The notes: a model not told the origin generated them from the sequence alone. A stretch of 64,000 nt of DNA from an uncultured archaeon (GCA_000965745.1 CP009479.1:1952001-2016000), one strand, 5' to 3'; positions 48,147 to 58,710 are shown, numbered from the stretch's first letter. Translations and numbers: made by a program.

Positions 48147-51100
48147 TTATGTGGTGGTGTTGTATGCCATAAGGTTATACAGCAACTCCAGGGCACCACC
48201 GATCATCACGTTCTGCTGGTACTTCACTATGTAATCCCCGTTCATCTTGGAACTCATGATCCAATGCGCATAGTTCTGCCCAGCATAAACGATGTTTGTG
48301 TTGTTCACGCTCATACCGTTCACTACATGGAACCACTTCTTAGCGAGATCACCGTTCGTTGCGTTGTTTGTTGCATTGTTCATTGCACTGATCATTCTGT
48401 TCATCTGTGCTGCTTCAGTGAGGTTGTATACAGAGTGTGTCTGATTACCTATGACGTACGGTGTGTAGCCTGTCCCACCCATGTAGAACGATTCGTTGAT
48501 CGGTATTGACATGGGCACCAGGTAATCCGACGGATACGGGTAATCCGGGAACCATCCGGGTCCTCCCTCAACTGGCATTGGGTTCTGCCCCTGAACCTCG
48601 TATGCAAATATGTCAGCTATGGGCAGAGACACTATTGGGAAACTTGCACCAGGCATGATCTGTGCCAGATCATTGGCCCAGGTAACTGCTGCGGCTTTGT
48701 ATGCGGGATATCCCTGGATTACAAAGATCGGCACTACCAGCTTATGGCCGTTGTACTGGACGGAATTTCCTGAATATGTTACCTGCATGTCGCCAGCCAC
48801 ATCGTGTTGCGTTTTTGATGATGTTCCATTCAGGAAGTAGCCGATGTACCTCTTGGCCTGCTGAAGCTGGAAAGGCTCATGGCCGTTCGAGTTGACCACC
48901 GGCGTTCCGGATGCCATCAGGTCCTGGGCTGTCTGGTTATACAGCATTCCTGGCGGAAGCATTCCCACATACGGCGAGAAGAACGTTGTATTGTAGATTT
49001 CATTCCCAATCTGCTGAGAGTAGAACAGGCTGTAGTTGAATGCATAGGCAAACGCTTTCCTCACATTGGGGTTGACAAAGAAGTTTGTCGGCATATTCGC
49101 CTGTGAGTATATTGTATGCAGGTTCGAGGTGTTTACCTGTTCAGTGAAGACGTAGAAGTATAGTGACAGTGTTGGGAAACCGTGTTTCTGGAGCTGCCCC
49201 TGCTGTACCATCTGCTCTGTCTGGTTCCAGTACGTGGTCGGAAGGTTGGCGCTCTGTGCCTGGCCGGACTTCAGCAGAAGGTACGCCTCTTGCCCGCTTG
49301 AGGAGTACAGTATGTTGATTTTGTCAATTGTTGGTTTCGGATACCACGGCCCTGGTGAAACAAAGTCCGGGTTAGCAGCGAGCGTGAGCTGCGACCCTGG
49401 AACGATATATGACACCTTGTATGGCCCGTCCGCCATAACATGGTTCTGCACGTACGAGTTGTAGTTGTTCACATTTCCATACTGCTTGTAGTCCTGGAAG
49501 CCCTGTGGTGTCCACGTTATGCCTGCCCCGTGCTGGATATACCAGTTCATGTCCTCTATCCATGTACCAGATGAGTCAAAGATCTGGTAGACGAGAGGCG
49601 CCGGCATCGGCTGCTGGAAATGGAAAGTTACCGAATTGGCGGAGTTGTTCACGGTGATGTTTGTGGTGATGTTGTAGAACGTGTTGGACGCATATATGTT
49701 TCCAGGCAGGAGGTATTGCGCTATGACCCACCCTCCAGTGCCGGGGGAGCCTGCATCGAAGAGCAGTGCCCTCGTAAATGAGTACAGGACGTCAGTGGCA
49801 TTCATCTGGTCTCCATTAGCAAACTTAAGGTTGGTGTTGATGTGGAAAGTGTAGTTCTCGCCCGGGGTGGTGTTATACTGATACTGTGTGTGCCATGGCG
49901 TTGTTACAGTCTTGTTCACGTAGTTGCTGTTCACTCCACCGTTGGTAAGGTTGGGCAGCGAAGTGGCAACAAGGGGCACAAAGCTGTTGGTCGATGAACC
50001 GTTGTATGTATCCAGCGTCATGAGCGTGTTGTCAAGTATTTCCGATGATGCAAAGTAATAAGCGATTGCAGGGTCCATTGTTTCGTATCCGCCAGAGGCG
50101 TTAGGCTCTGAATTGGTGAAGCTTGTTGTCGTGGTTGTCTGGGCGGTCACCGAAGAAACCACGGGGAAATCGATGTAGTAGTTTGTAGTGACCTGTGTGG
50201 AACTGTCGTACTCACCGTTGTTAAGCGGAACGGTCCCTGTGCCTTTCAGGTAGCTGGTGATTGTTACATTTGTGACGTCCGTGTTGAAGTTGACAACGCT
50301 GGCATTGAGGAGTGTCACAGGGGAGCTGTTCCCGTAGAAGAGTGATGCCGTATGGGTATCATTGAGCTGTGCAGTGGTCTTTGTGTTGAACGTCAGGTTT
50401 GTCTGCGCGTTCAGGTCAAGTTCTGTTGAGGCGTTAACGAGAACGGTCTCCCCCTTGGTTATTGTCTGGGCTCCTGATTCATTCTGGTATTTCATCGTCC
50501 CGTTATTTACTGTAATGTTTGAAGCGGAGCCGAGGAACAGCCTTGTGGATGTTGTATAGTTAGCGGTAGTGTTTGCGGAGTATGTAACGTTAACGCTGTC
50601 GAGCTGCAGAATAGCCCCGGATATTCCGGTGATTGCCGTTCCCGTGGAAGCTACGTAGGTATCATTCTTCGTGAAGTTCTGCGTAACTGTGTTCGAAACC
50701 TCTGCTGTTATTGTCTGTGTTGTATTCACACCCGCCGAAGTAGTGCTTACCTCCATTACGTACATTCCACTCTGAAGGTTGGCATAGGTTACAGACTGCA
50801 CTGGTATCTGGTAGGCCTGGGTATTATGTTGTACAGATAAGGTATCTGCTGTTGTGATACCAGCCCTGTCTGATTCATCATTGTGAGGGTCTGAGACACT
50901 ATCTGGTTTCCCCCTGCTCCGGGGTTAGGCAGAAAATCAAGCTGCATATACGACCCGGGCTTGAAAATCTTTGAGATGTTGTTTACCAGCTGTGGGGATG
51001 AAGATAGTGGGTTCACCGAGAGTGTCCTGTAGGCATACTGCACCGACGGGTACTCCGGGTTGACCTTTACAGGCTCAATGAAATAACCTGTGCTGGAAGC

Positions 51101-51496
51101 ATAGTTGATGTCAGCAAGAATATAGTACTCTCCTGGGTTCGTGTAGGTGTGATTAACCTCTACTGTGGAACTTCCACTGTAGTTCAATAGCTCGCTTGTT
51201 CCGTCACCAAAGTACACGGTCATGTTCTTGAAACTGCCTGTTGCAGTTATGTTGGTTGTGTACGTGCTGTTCTGACTGATTGCCCCTACCTGGCTGGACA
51301 GTGTGGCTGAAGGGCCACTGGGAGCCTGAGGCGCAGTGTAGTGAGTGGCGAGTAAGCCTCCAAGCACCCCTATCACTGCTATGAGGACAACAATCACAGC
51401 GATCCATTTCCCGGACGATTTTCCGCCTGATGGAGGTTTCTGCATTCCTATAGCAGGCTCTCCGGGAGTCTTCTCGTTGTTTTCATTACTGCTCAA
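48147..51496 (-). pseudogene. Large PKD-domain ABC peptide-binding (family 5) surface protein split by a single frameshift near 50825
   Basis: The 5' ORF (50789-51496) has a TM anchor and a PKD-like FGDG...HTY motif. The 3' ORF (48147-50801) has DPAIAY, FANGD, GPYKV, NVRKAFAYAFNY and WFPDYP. Reading across the junction gives YN-NTQAYQIPVQSVTY. Confidence 0.8.
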
Positions 51497-51781
51497 GATA
51501 ATTTTCCTCCTGATTTATTGATTGATAGTGACTAGCAAGATAAACGTCTAATTTAAAGCTTTCTGAAATCTGCTGTACTCCGGAATATTTTAATTATGGT
51601 AATTCACGGGATGAGGCCCTGCTTTCCCATGGAATTAACTGAAAATCGAGTGTTTTCCCACATATCTGGCAAGAGGCACCATTGTCAATGTTTAATAAGT
51701 GTAGATGGGATGAAAAAGTAATTCGGGCGTATTTTTTACAGCCTGTATACCTGGATATCCTGCAGACAATGCGAACAATGT

Positions 51782-52165
51782 TCAATTGTTGTGGCTGCTT
51801 TCATTCTGCTTTCTCTGAACCCCATTCTTGCTGTGCCAGGATATGCTCATTATTCCTCCAAGCAGGCCGCCAATCGCCCCGATATATAGTCCGCCCGAGG
51901 TCCCTGCAAAACTGGTTACTGATAGTACCATCGTTATGGCACCCAGTATCCTGTGCCTGTCAGGGAAGATAAGCAATACTGCCCCTGTTGCGATGATTCC
52001 AGCTCCGGAGAGTGTTCCTATGAGGATGGCAATCAGGTCTAACACGGACTGGTCCCCGACATCAAAAAAACCCCTGATCGCTATTATGCCTATTGCGAGT
52101 ATGAGCGCTCCGGACCCCATCGCAAGAATCCCTGAGTCATAAGGGCGTTTGTTTAGAACCTTCAT
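51782..52165 (-). CDS. Small Gly-rich 4-TM membrane protein (DUF4064/DUF6114-like)
   Basis: GGLYIGAIGGLLGG; four hydrophobic helices. Confidence 0.7.
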   Translation of the reverse strand: MKVLNKRPYDSGILAMGSGALILAIGIIAIRGFFDVGDQSVLDLIAILIGTLSGAGIIATGAVLLIFPDRHRILGAITMVLSVTSFAGTSGGLYIGAIGGLLGGIMSISWHSKNGVQRKQNESSHNN

Positions 52166-52263
52166 TCAGGCTGTAAGTGCCATTCAATATTTAAGCATGA
52201 GAGGTGAGAATGCAAAAAAATAAAAAAATGGTGGTGAGGTGTCTATTTCAGCGTTATGTGTCG

Positions 52264-52989
52264 TCACTGCAGCTGGACGACGTGAGTTACGAAATCAACG
52301 GGCGCTGTGAAGTCTATTATGGCCTGTGCCCCGTTCTGTGGTGTGACCTGCCCCGTTACCTGGGCGTTCTGCGTTATGTTCGTTCCGAACGTGTTCGTAA
52401 CATTAACCACGATTGCAGCCTGGTCCCCTGCAGACATTACAGGATAGCTTGCAACCATCGAGTGTTGCGGGTCAAATGTCACCAGCACACCGAAACTTGT
52501 CGGGTTCCCTTTAGCGGTACTAAGGTTGTTCCACGCAGATATTCCGAATATGTTAGTTGACCCTCCATGCGATATGTCTGCAAAGACGGACGAGTTGTAT
52601 ACGAGCACTGCCGTTACCCCTCCGACTGTCAGAGTAAGACTGACATTTCCAAGGTCAATGGCACTATTGCCGGCATTCGGGGATACGAATATGGCGAGCA
52701 GGGAAACTCCACCGGCCTCAGTTGGGTGAGCACTGTCATATCCAAGTATCTGTGTTTCGATTATACCACTTGATACCTGCCTTATTGTTGTGGTGCCTGT
52801 GGATGATGCCTTTTGCTGCAGTATTCCCGCTGTATGGATCAGCACGGAGGCAGCAACAGCAGCTACAAGGACCATGGCGATGAAGATGATCAGGACACCT
52901 ATTCCTGTTTCAGCCTTTACATCTGCCTTGAGGCTAAGTTGTTTCTTGATGAATCGGGTGGATATAACCAGATATTTGCTTAGTATCAT
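52264..52989 (-). CDS. flaB: Archaellin (archaeal flagellin)
   Basis: Class III signal peptide KA|ETGIGVLIIFIAMVLVAAVAASVLI, LQQKA..TG, PNAG...IDL, GD, C-terminal VVQLQ. Confidence 0.93.
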   Translation of the reverse strand: MILSKYLVISTRFIKKQLSLKADVKAETGIGVLIIFIAMVLVAAVAASVLIHTAGILQQKASSTGTTTIRQVSSGIIETQILGYDSAHPTEAGGVSLLAIFVSPNAGNSAIDLGNVSLTLTVGGVTAVLVYNSSVFADISHGGSTNIFGISAWNNLSTAKGNPTSFGVLVTFDPQHSMVASYPVMSAGDQAAIVVNVTNTFGTNITQNAQVTGQVTPQNGAQAIIDFTAPVDFVTHVVQLQ

Positions 52990-53040
52990 ATCTAACCTCG
53001 CACCTAGTTTAGTATGCTGTTATGTATATGGTCTGGCAAG

Positions 53041-53080
53041 TATATAAGGAGCTTAATGCTAGGAATGCGAAATTTTCGCA
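53041..53080 (-). promoter_or_regulatory. Archaellin TATA box (CTTATATA, 53041-53048) with an upstream perfect palindrome TGCGAAA-T-TTTCGCA (53066-53080)
   Basis: Read directly; the 7-bp arms lie about 17 bp upstream of the TATA box. Confidence 0.6.
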
Positions 53081-53171
53081 GTCTTCAGACACTTCCGCAT
53101 AAATTCCTACATAGGATTATACCACTTTTACTGCCTAAAAACAGGTAACTTCGCGTGCAAAAAACGCTTTT

Positions 53172-54035
53172 ATGAGAAATACGGAATCTTCTCCCGGTAA
53201 CATGTTAACAGGAGCAGATAAGAACTTCATAGTTCAGAGTGTGGAGAACGGTTACCGGGTAGTGGACCTCGCCAAGATGTTCAATGTTACCCCAAGGAGG
53301 ATACAGCAGATCATCAAGGAGAGTTCAGAGGAAGGGCAGGACAGGAAGAAATCCACCGAGATAACCTCTGATGTGGCCCATGAGATAGAGGAGCTCTGGA
53401 GCGCATACAAAATAGGTTCCAGGACAATCTACTATCTTCTAAAGAGCAAGGGGAGGAATGTTTCCTACTACCAGGTGTACAACTTCATGAAGGAGAAGAA
53501 GATGGTTAAGCAGAAGCAGAGCAGGGCCAACAAATCCATGTATGACGCACAGAACCGCCCTCTTAGCAACATACTGATGGATTACCACCAGACACGCCTT
53601 GACTACCCATATGCCATCGTGTGTGTAGACCAGGCCACAAAAAAGGTCCTTTCAATCACGGAGTCGAGGAAGATAACCAAAGACGTTATGGAATCAACCA
53701 TCAACAACCTGTCTTTCTTCCACGACAAGACTGACATCAAGATTGACAAACTCATTCTCAGAAGCGGCATACTGACAATACTCTATGGCGCAACTGACCT
53801 CAAGTACTCAATCAGGAAGAAAGGGATAGAGAACGTGGAATCAGACAAGAATGGGGGGAAGGTGCATCTTGCGCTGTCAAAGTTCTGGCAGAGTTATGAC
53901 AAATTCAGATGGACATTTGACAACTCGTCGGATTTTGTATACTGGTACAACAACCGCCCGGTAATGAAGAGCGACAACAGGGTCACAACACCCAACCAAA
54001 TAATGGAGCAGTATCTGGTCAACCAGCAGTCCTGA
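53172..54035 (+). CDS. IS481-family transposase-derived protein with HTH domains and a degenerate DDE catalytic triad
   Basis: LAKMFNVTPRRIQQI HTH, a second HTH (IGSRTIYYLL...VYNFM), RNase-H-like LMDYH...VDQATKKVL, and the IS481 C-terminus FVYWYNNRP...TP. The expected TDxG reads LRSG and the expected GKIE reads LALS. Confidence 0.75.
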   Translation: MRNTESSPGNMLTGADKNFIVQSVENGYRVVDLAKMFNVTPRRIQQIIKESSEEGQDRKKSTEITSDVAHEIEELWSAYKIGSRTIYYLLKSKGRNVSYYQVYNFMKEKKMVKQKQSRANKSMYDAQNRPLSNILMDYHQTRLDYPYAIVCVDQATKKVLSITESRKITKDVMESTINNLSFFHDKTDIKIDKLILRSGILTILYGATDLKYSIRKKGIENVESDKNGGKVHLALSKFWQSYDKFRWTFDNSSDFVYWYNNRPVMKSDNRVTTPNQIMEQYLVNQQS

Positions 54036-54212
54036 ATTCGGGTTCGGCTGGTTTCCCGGTATTCAACTATTTCTTTCCTGTTGGCGTTGACGGATACTTC
54101 ACTCAACACCACCGTATTTCTCCAAATGATTTTTGCAGGCCAGGCGACAGCATTAATGCCTGTAATACTCATGAATGCCGGAGAATCACCATTTTCTGAC
54201 AGATTGCAGGGC

Positions 54213-54965
54213 CTATTGGAAAATTGCCGGGCGCCTGCCCTTGAATTCTTTGCCGGAACTTGTGTCAAATATGTCAAAATCCACCCCGAAGGTCTCGTTC
54301 AGGTATTCTCTGTTCATTGTAGAATCAGTTTCACCGGAATGGAGGACAGTTCCATTCCTCATCAGCACAACTTCGTCCGCAAGCGAATGGACAGCCCCCA
54401 GGTCGTGCATTACAACAACGATGGTCCTGCCACTTTCCTTCAGCCGCCCAATAACCTGGTTTACAAGGAGTTGCTTATCAACATCCAGGAAAGTGGTGGG
54501 CTCGTCCATCAGCATAATCTCCGCATTCTGGTAGATGGACCCGGCAAGCGTGACCAGCCTCCGCTCCCCTCCGCTCAGATTCGAAAACTTTCTGTCTATG
54601 AGGTGCTCTATCTCGAATTCCCTCAGGGCATCAACCATATCGGTTTCGCTGTCGTCTCTGCTGTACCCGGAAACCGAAAGAACCTCCCTGACAGTGAAGC
54701 CAAGAGGATCAAAAATCTCCTGCTGGACAAATGACACCTTCCTTGACAACTCTTTGAATTCATACTCATGGAGAGCCTTTCCGTCGACCGTTATATCTCC
54801 GTGGCTGGCCTTTACCCCACCATTCAGCAGCTTCAGAAGCGTAGACTTTCCTGATCCGTTTTTGCCGATTATTCCTGTGACTGCACCCTTCGTGATGACA
54901 AGATCAGGGCATTCCAGCTGAAATCCCCCTTTCCTGTATACAACATCACTTACCCTAATGCTCAT
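54213..54965 (-). CDS. ABC transporter ATPase (FecE/BtuD-like)
   Basis: GKNGSGKS, LSGGE, MDEPTTFLD, MHDL. Confidence 0.92.
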   Translation of the reverse strand: MSIRVSDVVYRKGGFQLECPDLVITKGAVTGIIGKNGSGKSTLLKLLNGGVKASHGDITVDGKALHEYEFKELSRKVSFVQQEIFDPLGFTVREVLSVSGYSRDDSETDMVDALREFEIEHLIDRKFSNLSGGERRLVTLAGSIYQNAEIMLMDEPTTFLDVDKQLLVNQVIGRLKESGRTIVVVMHDLGAVHSLADEVVLMRNGTVLHSGETDSTMNREYLNETFGVDFDIFDTSSGKEFKGRRPAIFQ

Positions 54966-56028
54966 AAACACCTCCGGAGAGCCTTCTCAGAAGGTACATG
55001 AAGACTGGCACCCCGATCATCCCGGTGACAACCCCTATTGGGACCACCTCACCGGTAATCACTACCCTTGATATGTCATCTGCCGCAAGAAGGAAGATTG
55101 CGCCCATTATTGCAGAAGAAGGTATTACAAACCTGTTTGACCCTCCGTAAAGAAGTCTCGATATGTGTGGCATTATGAGGCCTACAAATCCTATTATCCC
55201 GCTCACTGAGACCGCTGCAGAAACGCTGAGGGTAACAAGTACTATCATGACCCTTTTCACGTTTTCTACCGATACTCCAACAGATCTTGCGTGGAACTCC
55301 CCCAGCTGCAGGGCATCAAGTTCCCTGTGATATAGTGAAATTATCAGAGAAGTTGAGATCACAATCGCTGATACTGGAAGCAGCTCTGTCCAGGTTATGC
55401 CGCTCAGGGAACCGAGAAGCCAGAAAAATGCCGCGCCCTGCAGTTTTACATTGGTGAAGAGCATGAGGGCCACAAGAGACGAAACGAACAATGATATGGC
55501 AATCCCGGTCAGAAGAAGGTAAGTCGGGCTTACCTTCCCTCCTCTGAGGGCAAACATGTAAACTATGCCTACCACTGCAATTGAAAAAATGAAAGCCATC
55601 AGCGGAACTGTGAAGATTCCGAACAATGTCAGGCCGAACATTATTGATGCGACAGCACCAAGTGATGCGCCGCTCGAAAGGCCTATGATATATGGCTCCG
55701 TGATTGGATTTCTGAACAGGCTCTGTATAACTGCACCCCCTATTCCCAGAGATGCGCCAACCAATATTCCTCCAATTACCTCAGGCTCCCTCAGAAAGAC
55801 AATGATTCCATAGTCCTTCCCGCTGACCGTGAATGAAAGAAAGTGCCCAAGAACGGGTATCTGTTTGAGGTATATCACGATGACATCCGCGGCCTGAATT
55901 CTGACCGGCCCGATAAATGTCGACAGGATTGCCATAAAAAAAAGGAGGATAGCTGAGGCTACGATCCCTGCTATCTTTATGTTCCTGAAGGAACGCGCAT
56001 TCAACCTGTCGCTCTCATTTTTGAGCAA
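54955..56028 (-). CDS. ABC transporter permease (FecCD/BtuC family)
   Basis: QSLFRNPITEPYIIGLSSGA, FWLLGSL, GIIGFVGLIMPH, PIGVVT. Confidence 0.92.
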   Translation of the reverse strand: MLKNESDRLNARSFRNIKIAGIVASAILLFFMAILSTFIGPVRIQAADVIVIYLKQIPVLGHFLSFTVSGKDYGIIVFLREPEVIGGILVGASLGIGGAVIQSLFRNPITEPYIIGLSSGASLGAVASIMFGLTLFGIFTVPLMAFIFSIAVVGIVYMFALRGGKVSPTYLLLTGIAISLFVSSLVALMLFTNVKLQGAAFFWLLGSLSGITWTELLPVSAIVISTSLIISLYHRELDALQLGEFHARSVGVSVENVKRVMIVLVTLSVSAAVSVSGIIGFVGLIMPHISRLLYGGSNRFVIPSSAIMGAIFLLAADDISRVVITGEVVPIGVVTGMIGVPVFMYLLRRLSGGVYEH

Positions 56029-56035
56029 AACACAG

Positions 56036-57013
56036 TCACCCCGTTATCAGCGGATCAGGATTATCCTGTATCCCCAACGGAAATGCCGGTAATTTAACGT
56101 TTATCCCGTAGGCTTCCTGGACCATCCAGGCAATGGCGTAGATAACCCTGAAATTAGGCTCGGTAAATATGCTCTCGTTGGGCAGGACAAAGACTTTTCC
56201 ATTTTGCACTGCAGTGGAATTATTGAAGGGATACACGCTGAGAGCGGATTTATTGACATACTGATCCAGGAATATCACCTGTGGGGAGTTGTTTGCCAGA
56301 ACTTCCGGCGATATGGGGACAAAGCCACCCGTAAGATTCAGCGCGACATTCCTGAGGTGTGCATAGTCGAAGAAATCGTTGAAGAACGTGCCATTTCCGG
56401 TGGTGTAAATCCCCCCACTGCTGCTCAGGTAGTAGAAAGCAGAAAGTTCAGCGGATGAGTTTATCTTTCCCGTTGCGTTGGATATCGCGCCCAGGGACTG
56501 GTTCATCCAGATGTTCAGCATTGAGGCATTCTTCTCTTTTCCCGTGATCTCCCCAAGAAGAGTGTTCTGCTGCTCAATGCCCGTAATCCCCGATCCTGCT
56601 CCGGCATTAAGAAATACATAATTTATTCCGGCGTCGAGGAGTTTCGTAATCTGTCCCTGGGAATAGCCTGAATCAAAAGATATAACCGCCTGCGGGCTGA
56701 GGTTGAAGATTTCCTCAAGGTTCATTGATGGATATGATCCAACTACCGGAAGGGTTGAGTTCTGGGGGTATGACCCATAACCGCTGTCACCCACAAGATA
56801 GCTGTAAGCCCCTATTGCATACAGATTCGCGGTTGCAGCAGGATCCAGTGAGACAATTCTTGTAGTTTTGTATGAAAGATTGTCCCCGGATGAGACCGTA
56901 ATTACCTGTCCCTTCTCCTGTTTATGCCCATGGATTTCATAGAAGCCAAAACCGCTAAGAAGCAGAACAGCCACCACTATCAAAGATATTATTGCTTTTA
57001 TGTTGCTTTTCAT
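56036..57013 (-). CDS. ABC substrate-binding protein (BtuF/iron-siderophore class)
   Basis: RIVSLDPAAT, NLEEIFNLSP, AVQNGKV; N-terminal anchor. Confidence 0.88.
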   Translation of the reverse strand: MKSNIKAIISLIVVAVLLLSGFGFYEIHGHKQEKGQVITVSSGDNLSYKTTRIVSLDPAATANLYAIGAYSYLVGDSGYGSYPQNSTLPVVGSYPSMNLEEIFNLSPQAVISFDSGYSQGQITKLLDAGINYVFLNAGAGSGITGIEQQNTLLGEITGKEKNASMLNIWMNQSLGAISNATGKINSSAELSAFYYLSSSGGIYTTGNGTFFNDFFDYAHLRNVALNLTGGFVPISPEVLANNSPQVIFLDQYVNKSALSVYPFNNSTAVQNGKVFVLPNESIFTEPNFRVIYAIAWMVQEAYGINVKLPAFPLGIQDNPDPLITG

Positions 57014-57168
57014 TCGAACACCATAAGTCTACTTCAGTTTAGTGAAGTTGACTTCACAATTAAAACTTTCGCACCTGGGTTTTTTCACAGTGGACCCTCA
57101 AAAACAGCACCTCCGGTTAAATCCGGTATTTAAGCAATGTCAGAGTCTCCTGAGCCATTGACATCCCG

Positions 57169-58710
57169 TCAGGGAAACAGAGCGGGAATGTCCTTGGAAA
57201 CGTTGGCAACTAGAAGTTTGGGACCGCTTCCCTCCGCTAGCCAGTCAAGTTCCCTGAGGTCTTTGTCAGCTATACGAGAAGGCACACCAAACGATTCTGA
57301 AATACTGGAGATATCATTTCTGAAAGTGAAATATGGGGCATTTTCCACTCCGGGATAGAAGCTCCTTGAAAAACTCTTCAGAATAGTGTATCCTTCATTG
57401 TTGAGGACAAGTATCTTCACCGGCAGGTTATAGTGCGATATGGTCCAGAGCGTCTGTATTGTGTACATGAGCGCGCCATCTCCCACGATCTCCAGCACCT
57501 TGGGCGAATGAAGTGAGATTCCAGCGGCCGCGGGCAGGCCCCATCCGAGTTGGCCACTCTTCGCTGTGAAATAGGATTTGTCCCTGTAGCCCATGGTTGA
57601 CCTCACAAGCGGTGATGATGAAATGGCTTCGTCAACAATTACATGCCGTGAAAAACTGTTCCTGGCCTTGGCAATAACGTATGAAGCCCCCATGCTCTTT
57701 TTCTCCCTGGCGGCAGCACTTCTGCCGGAAAGGTCAGATTCCCGCCTGTAGTTGCCAATTTTTCCAACACGGTTTTCAAGAGCCTCCATAAAAAGTCCCG
57801 GGTTGCTCGTGATATACTCGCCATGCCTGTAGCTCGGAGAAAGGGATACCGTTATGATCTTCTTCCCCGGCAGCAGCCTTGAAGGTAGGTAAGGGTACAT
57901 GGTGAGGTCACCCCCAAAGTTCAGAATCAGGTCATGTGAAAGAAGGGACATATTGATCGACGAAGTGGCTGGCGCAAGGTCACCTGAAAATCTCTCATTG
58001 CTGCTCCTGAAAGGGGCTCTGCTTGCAAACGGCTCTGCAAAAACCTGGCATCCAAACCTGTTCGCAAAATGTTCTGCCTTGTCAAGCATGCCGTATTCAT
58101 CAAGCTCGCCCCCCATAATCACGGCAGGGCTCCTGCTTTCCGAAATGCATCTGAGAACGTATTCGACGGCATCACTGTCAACCAGCGATGTGTTGGGTAC
58201 CGAATAGCCGGCGCGGTTGTAATCAGCTTCAAGGTCCATTACGTCCATGGGGAACGATAGGAAAACCGGCCCCATCGGAGGCTCAAGGCTGATGGAATAT
58301 GCCCTTTTCATCGCTTTCTCTATGTCTTCAGCACTCTTCACTTCGTAACTGTACTTGGCAGCGTCCCCAACCAGAGACTGGAGATCATGCCAAAGCAAAG
58401 GTTCGTAGTAGGCATGCCTCGTGTCCTGCTGTCCTGCGGTTATTATCACAGGGGAATGATTTTGCCTTGCAGTATGAATGAATGCCATGGAGTTGGCAAC
58501 ACCCGGCATGGCATGCAGGTTTACAAGCGCAGGCCTCCCGGAGAATTGCGCATAACCATCTGCCATTCCCACTGCCAGTGAGTCATGAAGAGTCAGGATA
58601 TAGTCGTCGACGCCTCGCAGCATGGGTATCTCAGTAGAGCCGGGATTTCCGAAGACAGGCCCCAGCTTCAGCTCCCTGAGCGCTTCTCTGAATATTTCAT
58701 ATCCTTTCAT
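57169..58710 (-). CDS. ThDP-dependent benzoylformate decarboxylase-like enzyme
   Basis: VFGNPGSTE, MADGYAQ, VNLH, TAGQQ, GDGALMY..NN. Confidence 0.85.
   Translation of the reverse strand: MKGYEIFREALRELKLGPVFGNPGSTEIPMLRGVDDYILTLHDSLAVGMADGYAQFSGRPALVNLHAMPGVANSMAFIHTARQNHSPVIITAGQQDTRHAYYEPLLWHDLQSLVGDAAKYSYEVKSAEDIEKAMKRAYSISLEPPMGPVFLSFPMDVMDLEADYNRAGYSVPNTSLVDSDAVEYVLRCISESRSPAVIMGGELDEYGMLDKAEHFANRFGCQVFAEPFASRAPFRSSNERFSGDLAPATSSINMSLLSHDLILNFGGDLTMYPYLPSRLLPGKKIITVSLSPSYRHGEYITSNPGLFMEALENRVGKIGNYRRESDLSGRSAAAREKKSMGASYVIAKARNSFSRHVIVDEAISSSPLVRSTMGYRDKSYFTAKSGQLGWGLPAAAGISLHSPKVLEIVGDGALMYTIQTLWTISHYNLPVKILVLNNEGYTILKSFSRSFYPGVENAPYFTFRNDISSISESFGVPSRIADKDLRELDWLAEGSGPKLLVANVSKDIPALFP

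Noticed and set aside
53172-54035. Calling this an active IS481 insertion sequence
   Set aside because: Two catalytic positions are substituted and no terminal inverted repeats are visible.
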